In this document: in pieces, positions 59,360-64,000 of the stretch | Layout of the letters: each line of letters starts with the position of its first letter | Position numbering within the stretch: the stretch's first letter is position 1 | Assembly (NCBI GenBank): GCA_024276825.1 | Contig: JAJRWI010000033.1 | Location: 1-64,000 of the forward strand | Direction of reading: 5' to 3' | Origin: an archaeon | Lineage (GTDB): Archaea > Asgardarchaeota > Thorarchaeia > Thorarchaeales > Thorarchaeaceae | Length of the DNA: 64,000 nt | The notes under the pieces: model-generated | The model's database searches: none | What the model saw: the letters and a program-made list of their open reading frames with translations, nothing else | Told to the model about the DNA's origin: nothing | Translations under genes and position numbers: made by a program

Positions 59360-60499
59360 CTAGATACACCTGTGTATGACTTCAGGGCCCGCTTCCTCGA
59401 ACTCCTTGCGAGTCACCCACATCTTCTGGAATGTCTTAAGTGACGCGATGATGGAGCCGCCAATCCAGACGCTGTACTGGCGTTCTGGTGGAGCGATGAT
59501 GCGGACCTCGATGTTTTCGGGTACGAGTTCGGTGATCTCCTTGTGGAGTCTCTCCTTGAGGCCTGGGAACATAGTGGAGCCTCCTGAGAGGACGATGTTT
59601 GCGTAGAGATCACGTCGCAGGTCGACATCACAGTCCTTGATTGCCTGAACGATGTGTTCGTCGAGTGGGACGGTGTCGAGTCCAATGGCACTGGGGTTGA
59701 AGAACAATTCAGGTGCCTGGAACCTCTCTGCGCCTACAGTGATGACCTCACCATCGGGCATCATATAGGGTCTGTCGACGCCTGCCTTGTCAGCGACGGT
59801 CTGCTCTCTCTCGGGGTCAAGAGCCACGTAGCAGAGTTTCTCCTTGATGTCTCTGACGATCTCTTTCTCAGCACCGCTGACGAAGCTCTTACCTCTCTGA
59901 CGCAGGAGTCTTCGGAGGTACTCGGTAATATCGCGTCCTGCGAGATCGATTCTCTTGATAGCGTGGGAGATAGCGAACCCCTCATAGATGGGTACGATGT
60001 GAGTAACACCATCACCAGAGTCAATGACCAGGCCAGTGGTTCTTCCTGACGCATATAGCGACATGACTGCCTGGGTAGCAACATACACTGCAGGCACATT
60101 GAACTGATCAAACATCACAGAGGCCATACGTTCTCTATTTTCTCTTGGGTTGTACGGTGCCTCAGTCAATAGGACTGGGTTCTCGCTGGGGTCAACCTTG
60201 AGGTCGTTATAAAAAGTGTAAGACCAAATCTTCTCAATTGCGTCCCAGTCGTCAATCTTTCCATGTGTGATTGGATAGACGAGCTTCAAAACACCTCTGA
60301 GATTGATGGCCTCCTCACCGATATAGTAATCACGTGTGTAGTGATCAACATCAGTCATAATGCTCTCATAACGTGGATAACCAATCAGTGTGGGCCATAC
60401 GGACCGGGGCTGGTCTTCACCTGCATAGCCATTTTTGCTAAGCCCTGTACCATTGTCAATGACTACAGGCTTCGCAGCTAGAAATTCATCTTCAGCCAT
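59360..60499 (-). CDS. Asgard actin (Lokiactin-type)
   Basis: [68 protein letters not shown]. Confidence 0.96.
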   Translation of the reverse strand: MAEDEFLAAKPVVIDNGTGLSKNGYAGEDQPRSVWPTLIGYPRYESIMTDVDHYTRDYYIGEEAINLRGVLKLVYPITHGKIDDWDAIEKIWSYTFYNDLKVDPSENPVLLTEAPYNPRENRERMASVMFDQFNVPAVYVATQAVMSLYASGRTTGLVIDSGDGVTHIVPIYEGFAISHAIKRIDLAGRDITEYLRRLLRQRGKSFVSGAEKEIVRDIKEKLCYVALDPEREQTVADKAGVDRPYMMPDGEVITVGAERFQAPELFFNPSAIGLDTVPLDEHIVQAIKDCDVDLRRDLYANIVLSGGSTMFPGLKERLHKEITELVPENIEVRIIAPPERQYSVWIGGSIIASLKTFQKMWVTRKEFEEAGPEVIHRCI

Positions 60500-61077
60500 T
60501 TTTATCAGTCTCCTGTTGTTTATGGGAAAGTATTATGGAGTCCTTGTGCTAATACATTCTTACATATCGTATTTAAGCATTGTCTGTTTTTCTCGATTAT
60601 TTAAACGCATATAATATAAATATTTTAATTTAAAGTCATGACTATTCACACGTGCCAAAAACAGCGTCAATTTGTCATTTCTCGCATGAATTTTGATAGC
60701 TAATACGGTGATACATTCTAGATATTACATCGCAATCATTCATAGATTATTATTGTATATGTCTAATTTATTTTGTTTTTCTGGGTCCACCAAAAACTGC
60801 CGAATTTATGCGTATTTCGGCGATTTACGTGGGTCTTAATCCATAATCATAATTAGTCATAATCGTATTGGCCCAGAGCGGAGAGTTTTGGATCAATATC
60901 ACAGTATATCCGTTCACGCAATCTATTCATAATGTTCCAAAGTGATATACCTCCGAATCTTCAAAATTCGTGGGCTAGACACGAAATCTGCAGAATGCTT
61001 GAAACAAGAATTATTAAAAAGAGAAGAGTTAGAATCCTATTAATAAATATAATTCAAGTATATTTTGCATCAAATAA

Positions 61078-61875
61078 GTGAGGACAATGTTCTGGCAGAC
61101 CCCTGATGAGATAATACGACAAGAGGTTGAGAGTGTTCCTGTCCGAAAGATAATACTTGACCAGCTGGAGGGCGGACCCAAAACGGGCAGTGAACTGCGA
61201 GAGAGTATCAGAAAGGACCTTGCAGCCCGGTCTGTTAGAGATGCGAGAGGCCGGGTGCGTGCTGACATGATCCGTGTGACGGACCCTAAACTGTATTTCA
61301 ACACGAAGCATCTTGAAAGCATCGGAATAATAGCAAGCAAGAAGGTATCACAGCAAAGGATTTACAGGCTCAAACCAAAAGCGATACATCCAGTAAGAAG
61401 GGTGATTGGTGCCACGAGACCGAAGATACTGCTGACATCAATTGAGAAACCTGAGGAACAGCGTCAGTTTGCGAACTGGTTGAACAGAGAACGAGTTCTC
61501 AGACCAAAGTTTGTTCGAGTGTTTGTTGAGGAGCATTTCAGTCGCGGTTCAAGACGTCTTGAAACTTTCATGGCTCTCGAGCCCAGAAGGCGTTGGGAGA
61601 TGACCTGGCATGACCTGCCATTAGAAGTGGCAGGCGACAGTGAGGGAAATGTCCGTGGCGATCTGAAGGCCACATATGAAGAGATTGAGAAGGTGATTCT
61701 AGACGACATCGACGAGTTCGACCTGATTGTCGACCTCTCACGAGGACCACCTCTGATTCTTCTAGCATTGACTCTATTAGCATATGAATACTCGCTGGCA
61801 GCAATTCATGCGAGGAAATATGAGGGTGAAGACACTGAGGTCATCCACATCTTTCCTTGGGAGCGATGGCAATGA
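61078..61875 (+). CDS. wHTH regulator with C-terminal CARF-like (Csa3-type) domain
   Basis: N-terminal ArsR-like wHTH; C-terminal LIVDLSRGPPLILLAL resembles CARF motif II. Confidence 0.6.
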   Translation: MRTMFWQTPDEIIRQEVESVPVRKIILDQLEGGPKTGSELRESIRKDLAARSVRDARGRVRADMIRVTDPKLYFNTKHLESIGIIASKKVSQQRIYRLKPKAIHPVRRVIGATRPKILLTSIEKPEEQRQFANWLNRERVLRPKFVRVFVEEHFSRGSRRLETFMALEPRRRWEMTWHDLPLEVAGDSEGNVRGDLKATYEEIEKVILDDIDEFDLIVDLSRGPPLILLALTLLAYEYSLAAIHARKYEGEDTEVIHIFPWERWQ

Positions 61876-62561
61876 GCCAAAGGTCTCTTAAACTGAAAGT
61901 AATAGGTCTTGTCGAACGAATAAATGAGCTGCTTGACTTTGTCAACATGACATTGCCTACATTGTCTCATGAAACCCGTGTCTGGTCAAAGTTTAGTAAA
62001 TGGTCCTCGCAATTGCAAAGCATTCACTCAGCTATTTCAGAGGCTCTAAACACCCTTCTGCCCCAGCTTGAAAATGCATTATCATTGTCTCTTGAAAACA
62101 AGGAAGCCTTTCTCACGGTGCTGTTTCAGCCTAGCACTAGGAACCTGTTTTTAGAGATTGACACACATTTCAAAGAACAGGGGCATTATGTCCTCTCTCC
62201 CGAGGTGATGAAACACCTCTCATCATTGAGTGACATTGCAAAGATAATCGCTCTTGTTGGCGATGCAGTGATTGACATGGCAGTCCTCCATTATCTCTGG
62301 TCTCCCTTGATCGATGATGTTGGTGTTATCACACAGCAGAGAGCTGAGGTGGTCAGTAACGAGAACATGGCACGACTGTGTGACGAGTGGCGGCTCTTTG
62401 AACACCGCATCCATTTTGATCCTCCAACTGCAACCAAGTCCGAAACTGATCATATAAAGGGAACATTGGTGGAGGGAGTCTACGGACTGATATACATCGA
62501 GCATGATCTTGAGTCTGTAATGAACTCACTTATTCATCTCTACAAGGGAGTGAATATCTAG
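61872..62561 (+). CDS. RNase III-domain protein (no dsRBD)
   Basis: ALVGDAVID, RAEVVSNENMA and GTLVEGVYGLIY RNase III signatures. Confidence 0.8.
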   Translation: MSQRSLKLKVIGLVERINELLDFVNMTLPTLSHETRVWSKFSKWSSQLQSIHSAISEALNTLLPQLENALSLSLENKEAFLTVLFQPSTRNLFLEIDTHFKEQGHYVLSPEVMKHLSSLSDIAKIIALVGDAVIDMAVLHYLWSPLIDDVGVITQQRAEVVSNENMARLCDEWRLFEHRIHFDPPTATKSETDHIKGTLVEGVYGLIYIEHDLESVMNSLIHLYKGVNI

Positions 62562-64000
62562 AACTCTTCAAAGTCGAACTCATCATCTCTGTGGCTGGGA
62601 CTCTTCTCCAATGGGAACATCTCACTGAACTTCTTCTTGACATCACTGACAAGGTCTTTGTCACAATACACTCTCACAGATGGAATGGTCCGTTTTTGCT
62701 GTGTCAGTATTCTTGTGAGTGGTTTCCCCTCTTCGGTGTCTGAGAGGCGCACAAGGTCCATGCCTCTCTTACCGCCAACAAGGATTGGGATCTCACGAAG
62801 GTATCTCTCTCCAAGGTTGGGAATGACCACATCAATGATGCACCTTCCTGGCTCTTCAACAATCTCTAATTCTGCTTTAATGAGCGCTTCAATGTCAGTA
62901 TTGAACCTCTGCAGCTGTCTCTTTGTTTCCTTAGTGAAAGAGTTTAATGGCGAATAGAAGGCTACTTTGAAGAGTCTGCGATACCGGATTCTTGATGCAT
63001 ACTCTTGTATGAACGAGGTTTCTGACTCGCAAAGCCATTTATACAAGTCCGAGTCTGTCATCCTTGTGAAAAACCCTATGCACTCGTTCTTGGTGAATTT
63101 CTCCTCTTTCAGCCTGCAATATGTCGCCTTGGAGATCAGTGCCTCTGCAAGTTTTACAGCATGATGAATGTATAGGTCACTGAACATCCAGTTTCGGCTC
63201 AAGATCAGTGCCTCAAGTGAATGCAAGGCCTTCAGCATGAACGCACGAACAAACCTTCCGGTTTCATCCCTCACGACTCTGTTCGTCAGCAAAACTCTCT
63301 CTGCTGGGAATATCCCCAACTGAACCCCGCTATAGTATGCATCACGAATCAGATAGTCAGTCTTATCAATGTCTAGTGGACTGTCGAGAAAATCAGAAAT
63401 TAATGAGAGAATCTCATCATTACTCTGCCTCTTTAAGACATCAGCAACGGTCTTGGGATCCACATCAACTCTATCAAGGATGTCAGTCAGTCCGCTATTC
63501 CTAATTAGGTACACTCCTAGGTCCAGATGGTCCATACCCACATAATTTTTCAGGGCAAACTCGATTGTATGCGAGGTTGGCGGATGACCAATGTCGTGAA
63601 GTAAAGCGGCTGCCCTGAATATCTTCTGATGATAGTCGCTGAGTAGATTAGTGAGGGGAGTAAAGCAGACATTGTCTAGGTCGTCGCAATAGTTCACAAC
63701 ATGAATACACTTCTGAGCTAGGAAGTTAGTGCCGAGACAGTGTTGAAACCGGGTATGTGTGGCTCCAGGATATACAATGTGTGCTGGGCCAAGCTGCAGA
63801 ACAAAACGTAGTCTCTGCATCTCCCAACTCGAGATCACATCTAGCTCCCATGGCTCGAAGAGAATTGCACCGTGGATGGGATCTTGGACTGCTTTTTGAC
63901 GTGTGTGCTGCTCTCCAAGAGCAATCAGTTTCTCATGCCTGACAATTGCCTCCTCTATCTTATTCCATCTCTCATTCCTTGCCCCTCGTGCAGTAATAAT
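62558..64000 (-). CDS. HD-domain phosphohydrolase (dNTPase/SAMHD1-like), 5' partial
   Basis: QDPIHG (in frame upstream of the listed ORF), QRLRFVLQLG, HTRFQH, LLHDIGH, DIDKTDYLIRD; frame is open to the window end. Confidence 0.9.
   Translation of the reverse strand: MITARGARNERWNKIEEAIVRHEKLIALGEQHTRQKAVQDPIHGAILFEPWELDVISSWEMQRLRFVLQLGPAHIVYPGATHTRFQHCLGTNFLAQKCIHVVNYCDDLDNVCFTPLTNLLSDYHQKIFRAAALLHDIGHPPTSHTIEFALKNYVGMDHLDLGVYLIRNSGLTDILDRVDVDPKTVADVLKRQSNDEILSLISDFLDSPLDIDKTDYLIRDAYYSGVQLGIFPAERVLLTNRVVRDETGRFVRAFMLKALHSLEALILSRNWMFSDLYIHHAVKLAEALISKATYCRLKEEKFTKNECIGFFTRMTDSDLYKWLCESETSFIQEYASRIRYRRLFKVAFYSPLNSFTKETKRQLQRFNTDIEALIKAELEIVEEPGRCIIDVVIPNLGERYLREIPILVGGKRGMDLVRLSDTEEGKPLTRILTQQKRTIPSVRVYCDKDLVSDVKKKFSEMFPLEKSPSHRDDEFDFEEF

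Noticed and set aside
1-64000. CRISPR array or rRNA genes
   Set aside because: No regularly spaced repeats or rRNA signatures were noticed.

Overview
This window looks like an Asgard archaeal chromosome segment, probably Thorarchaeia (inferred from gene content, not phylogeny). It carries eukaryotic-signature genes: actin, a two-domain gelsolin, an Arf-like GTPase with an N-terminal extra domain, an EMC3/DUF106 protein and a split CWH43/PGAP2IP-like pair. Archaeal housekeeping blocks include S13-S4-S11, adk-DUF106-L34e-cmk-L14e-cbf5-RNase P RNA, tiaS, tsr3, RNase Z and an intron-containing tRNA-Ser. The accessory left arm has a VapBC pair, an MNT relic, a merA/copA/copZ metal cluster, FprA, a GH38 mannosidase and a GH3 protein. 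The most striking signal is an RNA-guided nuclease system. A transposase-less 549-aa TnpB with a Fanzor-like rearranged RuvC-II sits in an AT-rich cassette behind tRNA-Ser. The cassette ends in a structured omega-RNA-like scaffold followed by a 12-bp copy of the tRNA 3' end. Two further stand-alone copies of the scaffold, with compensatory base changes, lie at about 28.0-28.2 kb and 59.1-59.3 kb. All calls come from reading motifs by eye; no database searches were run.
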